A stretch of 64,000 nt of DNA. Source: Octopus bimaculoides (taxonomy: Eukaryota). Shown in pieces: positions 1 to 12,395 of the stretch. The DNA is taken from positions 119,919,300 through 119,983,299 of the forward strand of contig NC_068981.1 of assembly GCF_001194135.2 (NCBI RefSeq), read 5' to 3'. The translations under genes and the position numbers were made by a program. Each line of letters opens with the position of its first letter. The stretch's first letter is position 1. The notes beneath the pieces were generated by a model that was not told the DNA's origin, ran no database searches, and was given only the letters and a program-made list of their open reading frames with translations.

Positions 1-339
1 AGAAGTTTAACAGAAGCCAATTTATTGCTCTTTAAAAGCAAATCTTCAACAGTATTTGGAACAAATTGCTTGTTTATGAACCCCAATCATAACATCTCAA
101 ATTTCTTGGACCATAAGATTCCTGCAGCTTGACAACTTTACTATGGTGTAATAAATAGGGTTCTCTCACAGTTAAGCTAGTCTGGTGCAACACAGGCAAA
201 GTCTGTTTCACTCTACCCTCCTTGTGCTTTATAATTTGTTCACTGTCTCTCCAAGCTACCCATATTACTTGACAGATAATTCTTCTCCAACCAATGTACA
301 AATCTCAGAGAATCACACTGAAAACATCATACAATATGG

Positions 340-700
340 ACATGTACCAAAAGAGATGACAGAGGACTGAGATATGTGGCACATTGCTGTACTCAAGAAG
401 GCCTGCCCACCACAATAAAATCAAGATCCTAAAACCAAGGTGTCACATAAAAAGCATTGGTGTGGGTGCTGGTGCCACATAAAAAGCAGTGGTGATGGTG
501 CCATGTAAAAAGCACCCAGTACACTCTGTAAAGTGGTTTGCATTAGGAAGAGCATCCAGCCATACAAACCAAACCAAAACAGTCTATGTAACCTGGTGCC
601 ACCCTTGGCTTTACCAGTTCCTTTCAAGCTGTCCAAGCCATGCCAGCATGGAAAATGGACATTAAATGTTGTTGATGATGATAATGATGATGATGATGAA
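340..700 (+). mobile_element. RTE-tail repeat family C (3' end ...CATGCCAGCATGGAAA..GGACATTAAA then (GAT)n)
   Basis: Shared core GGAAG(G/A)GCATCCAGC and (GAT)n tail seen in more than 10 copies in the window. Confidence 0.85.
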
Positions 701-1097
701 TACTGAGATCACTCTCCCAGACCAGAAACTATTTCAGCTTTGAGTAGCAATGGAGTATGACACTACTCTAAATTATTACTTATATTACTGTAAAACTCCA
801 TGTAATATGCACACTTTTCTTCACCAAAATTAAGATTAAAATATGAGGGGCATCAAATACTTGGAATTAAGCTGCTAAGCTTTTCTCCACCAACTTCTAG
901 TAAGAAAAGGCACAAAATAATGTAGTGATAAACCTTATTATTTTTTGCATATCAACACATTTTATATAAAATGAAATATCAAAAATTAATGGAAAAGTTT
1001 GGATAATGATAATGAAATGAAAAGTGAGCCACTATATAACTAGAAGAGGCAAACTGGTACATGATGAGTTTATTTTAACAACGTTTAAAGTAAAAAG

Positions 1098-1338
1098 TTA
1101 ACTTCTCAAGTCATGCCAACTCATAAGGGCCAGTTTCTTGGTTTCCATGGTGTATAAATTCCCCACCTGGACAGGTCACTGGTCTGTTGCAGGGTTACAC
1201 ATTTTTGGCAGCTGAGTGGACAGGAGCAATGTGAAATGAAGTGTTTTGCTCAAGAACACGTGTTGCCCGGTCCAGGAATTGAAACCACAATCTTACGATC
1301 ATTAATCCAATACCCTAATCACTAAGCCATGTGCCTCC
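1098..1338 (-). mobile_element. tRNA-SINE family F
   Basis: Minus-strand A box TGGCTTAGTG and B box GGTTTCAATTCC; body ggagcaatgtgaaatgaagtg shared with the copy at 42360-42612. Confidence 0.8.
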
Positions 1339-1865
1339 ATTTTAACACTGTTTGCTCCTATGAAATTTCAAACTCTGGTCCACCTCGGTCAAATCCTGTC
1401 ACAGGCCCAATTCTCCCTTCTCTTAGTAACTTATTCCTTATTATCATTATCCAAACTTTTCTTCTAAGCATTCTGTTCCATAATTCTTTCCAAGAGCTGC
1501 ATCCCACTGGAATTCTTGCCTCCAGTCACATTGTACATGCAAAGACTAAACTGCAGAAATTTAAAGTGAACCTTGGCCATATCAATCTCTCCAGTCTGTC
1601 CTTAATTACCAGTCCAAAAATGTTTGCAAAATCTATGAATATTCCTTTGCTTTACCCAAATTAACTTTAAAAAATAATTGTGTCCATGTGCCAAAATTTG
1701 AAAAGTTATGAAGCAATATATTTATTCAAAAGAGAATTTTTGAGAAAAATTTTACTTTAGTTTCAAAAATACTGAAGGGCAAAATAACTCTATAAATCCC
1801 AAATAGATTTATGAATACTGAACACTCCATATGCAAATATTGATTGATGGGTGCAAAAGTAAAAC

Positions 1866-2656
1866 AAAATCATCATCATTATCTGTTTTCCATGCTGGCA
1901 TGGGTTGGATGGTTTAACAGGTGCTGGCCAGCTAAGGAGCTGTCCAAACTCTGTCTGTTGTGGCATGGTTTCAACAGCTGGATGCCTTTCCTAATGCCAA
2001 CCACTTTACAGAGTGTGCTGGGTGCTTTTTATGTGCCATCAACATCATCATTTAACATCCATCTTCCATGCATGCATGCATGGGTAGGATGGTTGACAGG
2101 AGCCAAGGCTACTGTGTCTGTATTGGCAGGGATATTATGGCTGGATGCCCTTCCTAACACCAGCCACTCCACAGAGTGGACTCAGTGCTTTTTTACATGG
2201 CACTAGCACAGGCGAAGTTAGTTTTGGCAAGATTTTTACAGCTGGATGCCCCTCCAGACACCAACAACATTACAGTGTGGACTGGATGCTTTTAATGTGG
2301 CACCAGTACTGGCAAGGTAACCAAGTAGCTCACAACAGAAAAGGAATTATGAAAGGAGCAGGGCATGTGTCAGAGGATGAAAGTTAGAGTGTGACAAAGA
2401 GACAGAAGCAGGTGTCTTGCCACAACAGAGGGGACATTAGAGGAGGTGATCCAGTACCAAATGATGAAAGGGTAGGGTGTAACAGAGAAATAGAGAGGCA
2501 GAAATAGGTGTCATGCTATAGGGGAGGTACATGGTTACAGAGAGAGAGAGAGAGAAAGAGAGGGACCAGAAACAAGTGTGCTGATGTATAAGTGATACTT
2601 GATTACCTAGTCAGAGGAAAAACAAGAGAAGGAGAGAGAGTGACCAAAAGGAAGGA

Positions 2657-2692
<36 letters not shown>

Positions 2693-2930
2693 GAAACAGC
2701 AAAAGTGTAAGAGAGTGCAGAAGAGAGATGGTGTAACAAGAATATGAGTGTAGAACCTGGTTAGAAAAGTAAGGTGTGGGTGATGGGGGGAGCAGTAATA
2801 CAGTGTGTACGGCAGTGAAAGCAAGAAAGGGGACTGAAAAACAATCTTAATATATGAGGGGGAAATGTGAAGAAGAGAAAGATACAATTAGAAGAGTTGT
2901 AGCTTGATTTCTTAGGGAAGAGTAGGTGAA
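1866..2930 (-). mobile_element. Family C composite with purine-rich low-complexity extension and (GA)n
   Basis: (CAT)n head, CATGCTGGCATGGGTTGG, GCTGGATGCCCTTCC repeated three times. Confidence 0.8.
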
Positions 2931-2949
2931 AAGTGTGTTCTTACATGTG

Positions 2950-3910
2950 GGTGGGATACAGCTCTTCTAGCACTCAGTTTTGTAGACGGGTCTTCACGAG
3001 GACCTCATATCGCCAAACATCTCCATCTACTGTCATTTCCTCCGTGAGCCCCAGCATCCTAAGATCAGTCCTTATCAGTTCATCCCATGTCTTCCTGAGT
3101 CTCCCTCTTCCACAGGTACCATCCACTTTCAGCGACAGGCACTTCTGTATACAGCTGTCATCACTCATATGCATCACATGCTCAAACCAACGCAATATCC
3201 TCTCCTGCATATCACATTTAATCCCTCTTATGCCTAACTTTTCTCTCAACACAGTTGTGCTTTGTCGGTCATGCACACTGATGTTGCAAATCCAACAGAG
3301 CATACTACTTTCATTTCTTTCCAGCCTATGCATATCCTCTGCAGTCAGAACCCATGCCTCACTACCATGTAACATAGCTGTTCTCACACAAGCGTCATAC
3401 AACCTACCTTTCACTCTGAGAGAGAGTCCTTTTACTGCCAACAGAAGTAATAGTTCTCTGAACTTCCTCCACCCTATTCTTATTCTAGAAACAATACTTT
3501 CAGAGCATCCACCACCCTTACTAATTTGGTCACCTAAATAGCAGAAACTATCTACTACCTCAAGAGAGCCTCCTGGGCATTTGAGAGAGTTTAAGTTCCT
3601 CGTGCTCTTGGTACTTACTGTTCCTGCACATCCGCCACACAAAAACAACCTTATCTGATAATCTTCCCACAATTCCACTGCATCTCTCATGCGTCCATAG
3701 CTTACACTTGGTGCAGTGCATGAAATTACATTCCACTCCTTTCTTACATATTGAACAGAGCCATTTGCCACCTGGAATGAGAGTCATGTCTCCTTTCCTG
3801 CTAACAACTTTAATCTTAGCCCTTCAATTCCAGGTTTTGTTTTCAAACCTAGAACCTCTTCAAATTCTGCAATAAGAGCAGAATCATCCGCATATAGTAG
3901 TTCCCATGGG
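2950..3910 (-). mobile_element. RTE-clade LINE fragment, C-terminal half of the RT, frameshifted
   Basis: LLYADDSALIA at about 3900-3870; VVDSFCYLGD...KGRLYDACVRTAMLHGSEAW...LRWFEHVMHM...GTCGRGRLRKTW (ORF 2974..3771). Confidence 0.93.
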
Positions 3911-4676
3911 CACAATATTTCATTTGATAAATGTTAACTTATTTACATGTCTATATATTTACTAAAATTGCAAAAAATACAAAAATGAGGCAAATGAAAT
4001 CCTAAAATTGATATTTCTCAGCATCAACTTTTAATCTTTGACATTGTGGACGCTCCTGTCGTAGATGACAGATGAAGGTTCTGTTGGACAACCTGCTCAG
4101 ATGATTTGTTCACAGTGATTAAATGTTTGTGCTGCACGTTAGTTCACTCTCACCATCAATTTGACATTTCCTGTACAGGTGCAATATATATATATACACA
4201 CAAAACTCATAAATTTTCAAATAAAATATACTGCAATGTGTTTGGCATGTAAAAAGTTATTGGATAAGTAGGATGTATGGGAAGTAATTGCATGCCTTAC
4301 AACTACATTTGCTTTCCTTATTGGAAAACTAGAAATAGAATTCCTAAGAAATTCATTCTGGACTTAATAATAGAGAACTACTACTATTATACTGTGGGAA
4401 AATGAATTAAGTTAATGTTTGTGACAAAGCCCCAACATTTAGAACTACATTATTCTATGTGTAAGCAATGGCTAAAAGAAAGAGTTGAACGAGGTAATGG
4501 CTCACTTTACATCAAAGTAAGTAAAAAGATCAACGAGAGATCAACATCCCTTAGAAATGTTTGCTTTCCTTATTGTACAAATAGAAACAGAAGTCCTAAG
4601 AAATTCATTCTGGACTTAATAATAGAGAACAGCTACTATTATATTGTGGGGAAATGGATTCAGTTAATTTACTTAC

Positions 4677-4856
4677 CAGGAATTAAAAATTGTCCATCAG
4701 GACCTTGGGCATACTGTACAATAGTGGCAGTACCAGATGTTGTACCAGCACCAGATGATGGATTTGCATTGGTCATTGTTAATGTTTGAAGACCTTGACC
4801 AGCCACTGTTCCTTCTGGATGTGTAGTTATTTGGATGGCACCAGATGGGACTAATG
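4677..4856 (-). CDS. CREB1: CREB Q2 exon
   Basis: ttttattttag|CATTAGTC...; (A)LVPSGAIQITTHPEGTVAGQGLQTLTMTNANPSSGAGTTSGTATIVQYAQGPDGQFLIP; 180 nt, phase 1 to 1; donor CCTG|gtaagt. Confidence 0.93.
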
Positions 4857-5687
4857 CTAAAATAAAATGGAAAAAGGAAACAAAAATGTAATATTATACT
4901 GCCATAGCAGAAGTAAATATATATTTTTAGAAGCATTGAAATGTGAGTTCAGTTTATAGCAAAATGAAATAGACATAAAATAGTAAAAACAGTTAAACTT
5001 GAATGTGTGAAATTAAGCATAACAATTTTGGAAAAATAGTGTGTATATGTGTGTTATAGAAAGAGAATGATCTCACTTTCAAATTATAAAGAGAGAAACA
5101 CTATGAACATTTCAATAAGGGAGAACTAAATATTCTTCCAAATTCATAACATAAGAGAAATAAAAAGAAGCAAACAATCTCTGCAAATCAAAATCTCCAT
5201 ACAAAAGAAGTTGTTTGCAAAACAAAGAATAAAACTCTAAAAAGACATTGTGTGTGTGTGTTTAAAAAACATACAGTAACACATCTTCCAGGAGACAATG
5301 TCAAAGAGTAATCAGAAGACACAAATTCTCAAAGTAACTCTTGGAGGTAAATTCATTAGTCAGATCTTAAAAGCTCCTTAATTCATTATGTACTGGTTCA
5401 AGAGTGTAGGCAATTGAAATCACTCAGGTTTGGTGATCTCATTCATCTACTAACTAAAAATGGCTAATTGAAACTACCAAAAGTATCAGTGTGATAGTGG
5501 TACTTCCAAGATTATAACAATAAACTAATTAAGTCTTTGACATACTAAAAGCAACTTATTAAAAAATTACAATTTGAACAATCTATGCTAAAATGTTGCC
5601 ATATATAAGGTTTTGTTGCTTCAAGAAGAAAAACTGAAAACACAAGAACTATGATGACCAAATGAAGGCACTTCAATATTCACCAGC

Positions 5688-5850
5688 TAGAAATGGCAGC
5701 CAAATCTACCTTCAATTAAATGCACTTAAAAAAGAAGCGTACTATCTTGAATAACATGATGCTTTAAAATACATTAAACCTGAGGGAAAAAAGACAGGAT
5801 GACTTTGGTTCACCATAGGTCTTCTCAATCAAATTGGGACTAAACTACAA
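5688..5850 (+). repeat. Dispersed repeat family D (CTAGAAATAGCAGCCAAATCT...), class unknown
   Basis: The same motif recurs near 14160 (-), 25560 (-), 27285, 38005, 38330, 60090 and 63190. Confidence 0.65.
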
Positions 5851-6120
5851 CATTTACTCCCACAACTGGATAATTAAAATGATGAATGAAATCTAGCAAC
5901 AAAAAGAAAAGAGCCACAACAGTTCATATAAGTATAAGAATTTATAGCAATATCAAATCCATAAGAAATAAAACAAATCTCAAGAAAAAAAGGATGATAA
6001 TCAGATACATTAATAAAATTGAAATCTTGATGCAAACATACTTAATTATTTCCAAGCAGCTTAAATAGAAAAACTGAGGATTAAACAGATAATTACTAAT
6101 AATGAACTTCTTGATAAAGA

Positions 6121-6420
6121 CATTCGAGCGAGATCGTTGCCAGTGCCACTGGACTGGCTCCTGTGCAGGTGGCATGTAAAATACACCATTTTGAGCATGG
6201 CCGTTGCCAGTACCGCCTGACTGGCCTTCGTGCCGGTGGCACATAAAAGCACCCACTACACTCTCAGAGTAGTTGGCGTTAAGAAGGGCATCCAGCTGTA
6301 GAAACTCTGCCAAATCAGATTGGAGCTTGGTGTAGCCATCTGGTTCACCAGTCCTCAGTCAAATCGTCCAACCCATGCTAGCATGGAAAGTGGACGTTAA
6401 ACGATGATGATGATGATGAT
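6121..6420 (+). mobile_element. Family C copy (young)
   Basis: About 300-bp close match to the inverted copy at 23975-24280. Confidence 0.9.
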
Positions 6421-6978
6421 ATGTGAGAATACAATTTAGGATTACATTTTTTTGTAGATTGTCTGTAATAACAAAACTTCCAAAGCATCTAAACCAACAG
6501 AAAAACTTAAGCCTTGAAGGGATTTTAAGGACTGATACTCATGGTATAAAGTAAAAGAGAGACTGTTCTTTCCCCAGACTGAATACTAGTCTACCACAGG
6601 TGAAAATTGTCACATGATCTAGTATCAATTTTCAATAATCAAGTAAAACGAAATTAATTTTTTGTTGGGCAAGTGTTTGCTACTATAGTCTTAAGTCAAC
6701 TACTTCCTTGTAAATGAAATTGGTAGATGGAAACTGTGAAAACGTGTGTGTGTGTGTGTTTGCCTGTATATGCCTTAATGTTTGACATCACTTGAAAGAA
6801 ACAATGTCTGAGTTTTATCTCCTGAGGTATGAAAACTAGAAATTACTAAAATAAATAAATAAATAAATAAAACAACTGGAGTCACATAACTGATTAAAAT
6901 CTTTCAAGCAGTCGTCCAGCATGGCCACAGTCTAGTGATTGAAACAAGTAAAAAGTAATAAAGAATAGAACAAACTTC

Positions 6979-7522
6979 AGTAGAATTCTGGTTTAAGTAC
7001 CCCATATAACCCCGCATAACTTTTTATTTTTTTTATTTTGAGGAATTTTCAGAAAATTTTTGCAAATTCATAAAATTATGCAAAAAGCAACAAAAAGATT
7101 ATTTTGAGTGTGATTTAAAAGCAATTTAACTGTTACTTTTAGCTCATCCCATGACTGCCTGATACTTTACTTGTTTCTTTGTTACTCTGACATGTATTGA
7201 TGATTTTTAATATTTTTCTCTCCTTAAACACATTTAATGAAATAATGATGCACCCAAGGTCCATTGCTGGGGTTTAAGCAAAAAATTCGGACTGTCTGTA
7301 TTTTAAACTCTGACTTGTAAAACGAATTCAAAAAAGAGTGGAACTTTTAGGATCTAGGAGTAGGAGATTTGAAAAATTTTCTGAAAATTTTTTTGTCTTA
7401 ATCATATGAATTCCTCTGTGTAGAACGCAAATTCGCAAAAATTTTCTGAAAATTTCCAAAAATAAAAAAAAGTTAAAAAAGTTATGAGGGACTATATGGG
7501 ATGCTTAAACCAGAATTCCATC
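6979..7522. mobile_element. 544-bp MITE with long imperfect TIRs
   Basis: GAATTCTGGTTTAAG..CCCATATA...CATAACTTTTT mirrored at the other end; CAAACTTC direct repeat at 6971-6978 and 7523-7530. Confidence 0.82.
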
Positions 7523-8042
7523 CAAACTTCTTTGCTTGGAAACAACAAGATACCAACAATAGATTAGTTTTAAACTTAAGATCTATGAGCAATCTATTTA
7601 CTCTAGAGTTTTCTCTTTTAACAATATGGACATTCAGATATTCAGCAAGTAGATATAATCTACTGTGAAGTGCAGCTGGTAGCTATTTTCTATTACTTAG
7701 GTAAGGAGTAGAATGTATAACAAAATCTAGATCTAAAAGATACAGAAATTATACACTCTTAGCGACATACCAATTACACTGTATAACATGATTTTTGTCC
7801 TTGGGTAGCAACTGTTATTTCCTATTTGCTTACACTTTATAAAATATGAAAAATAGCTAATATTTTCCATCAAAGTTTGTTTTTGTTACATTTATTCAAA
7901 CCCCAAAGAATCCCTGTCAACATATGGCTAAGATGTTCCCTGACTACTTCTGCTCATCATCAGAGATGCACATATTGTCAGTCACTAAGAGACATGCTCA
8001 AGTGGTTGAAGTCAAGCAAAATGACAAGCAAATCTATGATAT

Positions 8043-8261
8043 TCTTTTCTACTCTAGGCAGGCACAAGGCCCAAAATTTTGTGGGGAGGGGTCCAATCGA
8101 TTACATTGACCCCAGTATGCAACTAGTACTTAATTTATCGATTCCCAGAAGGATGAAAGGCAAAGTCAACCTCGGTGGAATTTGAACCCAGAACATAAAG
8201 ACAAATGAAATACCGCTAAGCATTTTGCCTGGTGTGCTAACGTTTCTGCCAGCTCACTGCC
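8043..8261 (-). mobile_element. tRNA-SINE family A (body GGATGAAAGGCAAAGTCGACC on the plus strand; resembles Nin-domain SINEs, unverified)
   Basis: A and B boxes on the minus strand (TGGCAGAA / GGGTTCAAATTCC); many copies in the window. Confidence 0.88.
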
Positions 8262-8679
8262 TTGCAAATCTGTGATATTAAACAGAATATTTGCTATAAC
8301 AATATTTCTGCTTCAGCAACTCAAGGCTGAATCTGTCTGAAATAGATTGGTTTCAAAACATTGATGTCCAGGTGACAAAAGCAAAGTTTAAAGGGAATAG
8401 TAGTCATTTCCTTTGATTTCTAGATAGAAGCAAATAGGAAATAACACCTACCAACCAAGGATAAACACAAAAAAAATTATAATTTTGTTACTGTTATCAC
8501 ATACCATACATTGGAAGTTGAATGAGATTAAAACTTGCATAGAGATTTTTCAAACAAAAATGACAGGAACAATATTAAAATATTTTAAAAGGTGATCATG
8601 AACTGCATTTAAATTGTAACCCCATGTTGCAATTTAAAATTATCAGTGGTGGCTAGGCACAAGTATGGTGAGGAGAAGT

Positions 8680-8850
8680 CAAGGCTGGGTTGTTAAGAAG
8701 TTTGTTTCCCAACCATATGGTTTTAGGTTCAGTCCCACTGCAAGGCACCTTGATCAAGTCTTTTCTAGCCACTGGCTGACCAAAGCCTTGTAAGGGGATT
8801 TAGTAGATGGAAGCTGAAAGAAACCTATTGTGAAAGAGTGTGTGTGTGTT
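8680..8850 (+). mobile_element. tRNA-SINE family B (GGTTAAGAAGTTTG...GGTTCAGTCCCACTG...GACCAAAGCCTTGTG)
   Basis: tRNA head, family body and (TG)n tail. Confidence 0.82.
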
Positions 8851-9437
8851 TCTTTATATTTGATCTTCCCCCAAAATCATAAGCTACAAGCAAGTGATGT
8901 TGTCACTTCTCCCTCTTGTCAACAAACCACCTGCTGGCTCTGTGCCTTTAAAGTCATATAAAATAATAGATCCCTTACTTGTAAAATAGGTAAGGGTTGG
9001 CAACAGAAAGGGCATCCAGCTGTAAAACAATGCCTAAATAATATATTTGAGTAACCCAAGCTAGTATAGAAAAGCAATTCACACAACAAATGAAGTTCAT
9101 TCTCCTTTTCAACAAAAACAGAAACCAATCTTAAAATAGTTCATTCTCAGCCTTGTAGATATTTATATGCATCACCATAATTTTTACATTCATTTTGCCA
9201 TGCTGGCATAGATTTATTCTAGATATATTAATAACTACTGATGAAAGAAAAATTATAACTTTAAAGCAAAACTTGAGAAAAATGCATACAATTGTAATTT
9301 AAGCAACATGATTATGTTAATCAAATAAAATATATACTCTAAGTTTACATTGCCTTTTGAAAATGAGACGAAATATTTTATTTCAAAAAAGACTAATAAC
9401 CTCTTCAGATTGAAGGGATTATGTCAGTGCTGTAACT

Positions 9438-10078
9438 TTAACCCTTTAGTTTTGAAACCAGCTATATCAAACCCAAATATACTACTGGTTTTATGTTCAA
9501 ACTGAAATGTCTGGCCAGTCACACCTACTCTACAAATGTCAATCTAAAAACTAAATAATCACATCACTGAAATCTCCAAGCTGTGCCTGATTAATTCAAA
9601 ACACTACACTGAAGAACGACCTGAGGAAGCTGAACCTTTCAGGCAAGACACAAGGATTGAGATACCTGGTGTCTGGCTGTACTCAAGAAGACCTGTACTC
9701 TGCAGCAGAAGTGTTAGGACCAATCCTTTAGATGGTGTGAAGCACTTGTGACAGTGCCATGCAAAAGTGCCCATGTGGTGCCACATAAAAGTGTTTGTGC
9801 AGCGACATGTAAAAGTGCCCGTGCAGTGCCACATAATAAATACCAGCACACTCTGCAAAGTGGTTGGCATTAGGAAGGGCATCCAGACGTAGAAACCATG
9901 CCAAATCAGACTGTAGTCTGGTGCAGCATCACCCCCAACCCTAACCCCAGCTTGCCAGCTCTGGTTACACCATCCAACCCATGGGACATTAAATGAGGAC
10001 GATGATGATGATGATGATGATGAATGTGAATAAACAAGCATTACATTTGACAGATCAATTTGAATGTTAATGGGTTAA
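9438..10078. mobile_element. piggyBac-like MITE, same family, split by a nested family C insertion
   Basis: TTAA|CCCTTTAG ... TGGG|TTAA; internal homology to 40375-40590. Confidence 0.8.
9602..10022 (+). mobile_element. Family C copy with RTE ORF end, nested in a piggyBac-like MITE
   Basis: Family core and (GAT)n tail interrupt the MITE body. Confidence 0.82.
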
Positions 10079-10857
10079 ACTGTGATTATTTAACAACGTA
10101 CTTTGTCAAGGTTAAAACATAGATTCGAGTGGTTTGAGCAAATTTATGTATATTACAGGCACTTTACTCCCTCTTAACAAAATGTTTACATCACTCCACC
10201 AGTAACCCTTTTACAGCCAACTAATCAAAAAATATAACCCATTGCAGGTGATGAAAATTTCAATGAAGTATTCATACATGGATAAAAATGGAAAAGAAAA
10301 ACTTGTCTAAATTAACAGTGGGTACAAATTTCTAAATGCATACAAATTAATTTACATGTTAGTCTGTTACAAAGTCCTAATGTAAATCTAAATATAACTA
10401 TTTGTTATCTCACTAACCCTCTTTACCAAACAGTTTCTGACACTACATATAAAACATGAAGTTGACAAGTTATTTCTTCAGTGCTAACATGCAATAGTAT
10501 TACATAAAATTCCATGCTTTTTTTTTTTAATAACACAGAGATGATATAGATAAAAACATGGTGAATATTATACAAATCAACAACAATTAGACATTACAGG
10601 AAATATAATAACTGACAGCTCTCATTGAGGTTGGAGTTTTGAACAAAATAATTCAAAAGATTACTTAAAGAATCTGCCTTAAAGAGGCAACATTCAAAGT
10701 AATTTAAAACACTAATTTATCAGAGCCACATACATAAAAATGTGCAAGATAAAAAGTGCAACACAAAAAAGTTACAGTGTTGTTAAAGTGAAAGTGATCA
10801 GTTAAAAATATAGCTGTGTGAGATTAACTGCAATAAATTTTTTAATGAAACATGAGG

Positions 10858-11059
10858 TAGGTGAAAGCGTGGCTGTGTGGTTAAGAAGTTTGCTTTCCAA
10901 CCACATGGCTTTGGGTTCAGTCCCACTGTGTAGCACCTGGGGCAAATGTTCTCTATTATGGTCCCAGGCTGACCAAAGCCTTGTGAGTGGATTTAGAAGA
11001 AAACTGAAAGAAGGCCATTACATATGTGCATGTGTGTATGTTGTGCATGTAAGTGAGCA

Positions 11060-11095
<36 letters not shown>

Positions 11096-11100
11096 TTCTT
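10858..11100 (+). mobile_element. SINE family B copy with (TG)n tail
   Basis: gcgtggctgtgtggttaagaagtttgc...gggttcagtcccactg. Confidence 0.9.
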
Positions 11101-12371
11101 GTCTTGGCAGCACATGATGGTTCTATGCATGCATCACCATCATTACAATGGTGCCATTCATTTTCAATCTTCTGTGAAAACATTACTTTACTTAGAAACA
11201 GGAGAGGGTTGGTGACAAGGTTATCTGGCCATAGGAAATCTACATTAATGAATACTGGTTGATCTATGCAAGCATAGTAAAGTGAAAATTAAAATTATAA
11301 TTAAAAAAATTATGATGAGGAGAGTTCACTAAAACCTCAGTATATCTTAAATATCTATCGTTTTAAATAACCAGTCATAATTAACACTGACAATGTTATA
11401 TCAGAACATATTTTTTAACTTAAAAAAAAAAAATTTAATAAAATATATGAAAGAATATGAAACTGAATATGCCTCTATGTATGGCTATATGCTGAATAAA
11501 TCTATTACACTTTAGAGAAATAAAGAACAGCAAATGAAACTCAAAGATGATACTGAAGATGCCTCAACATTTGGATAAAAGGAAATATTGTAGAATAAAG
11601 GAGAGATGGTGAAAACCATCAAGCAAGAATCCACAGCAATTCTCTAAATAATCACAGATGAAACTTTCATTAAATTCTTGTCTGCCATTCCTTAAGAAGA
11701 AAAACACTTCCAAGTCATGAATTACTATATATATGCTTAGATATAACAGCTATGTTCATATATTTTAAAAAGTATTACTACTATTAAACATAGGTCAACT
11801 AAGTCATTGTTACTGATACAAAGTATGAAGAATCAAGTATTCAATAAAATAATTATTAAAAGTAGAGTAGCTAAGCCATATTATTGTCACAATGTTTGAA
11901 GAATAAAATACATAACAAAGCAACAGCAACAACAGATCATCAGTCTTTGATGACATTATGAAAACAACATAAAACATGGGAAAAGAATGAAATTGTGAAA
12001 GAGTAACAGAATCACTCATACAAACTGACCTCAAAAAACTATGTTATCTAAAACTGCTTCAGATTGAATGACAAGAATTTCTAGAACTGGATTCTTATAA
12101 AATCAGAAACTATCCACTTTGTCATAATATAGATGATAACTAAACAATCTACAGTTAGCTGAATAGGTCCTAAATTAAAAGGTGCTTTGATACTAATTCA
12201 TGCAGTATCTAAGTGGAATCCCAAAGACCAAATCCTGAGAATTGATATAGCTATGTTGCCACAATCTTCCAAAGGTGTGAAAGTTCACTTTTTGGGAACA
12301 CATCTAATTGGAGAGGTGAATATACTTACGCTATATGCAAACATATCAAACCACTTTAAGAATATACTTAC

Positions 12372-12395
12372 GCAAACCTTCCATCTGGCTGTATA
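12372..12395 (-). CDS. CREB1: Candidate 24-nt in-frame microexon between KID and Q2
   Basis: Long pyrimidine tract and an AG-free zone of about 58 nt, then ttttag|TATACAGCCAGATGGAAGGTTTGC|gtaagt; symmetric phase 1, no stop codon. Prediction only. Confidence 0.55.

Noticed and set aside
1-4676. bZIP-coding exon of CREB
   Set aside because: No basic-region or zipper reading (e.g. KNREAARECR) found in any frame; it is expected beyond the left edge.
5077-5181. Another possible cassette exon in the long intron
   Set aside because: Weak donor, in-frame stop, and a pyrimidine-rich body typical of intron.
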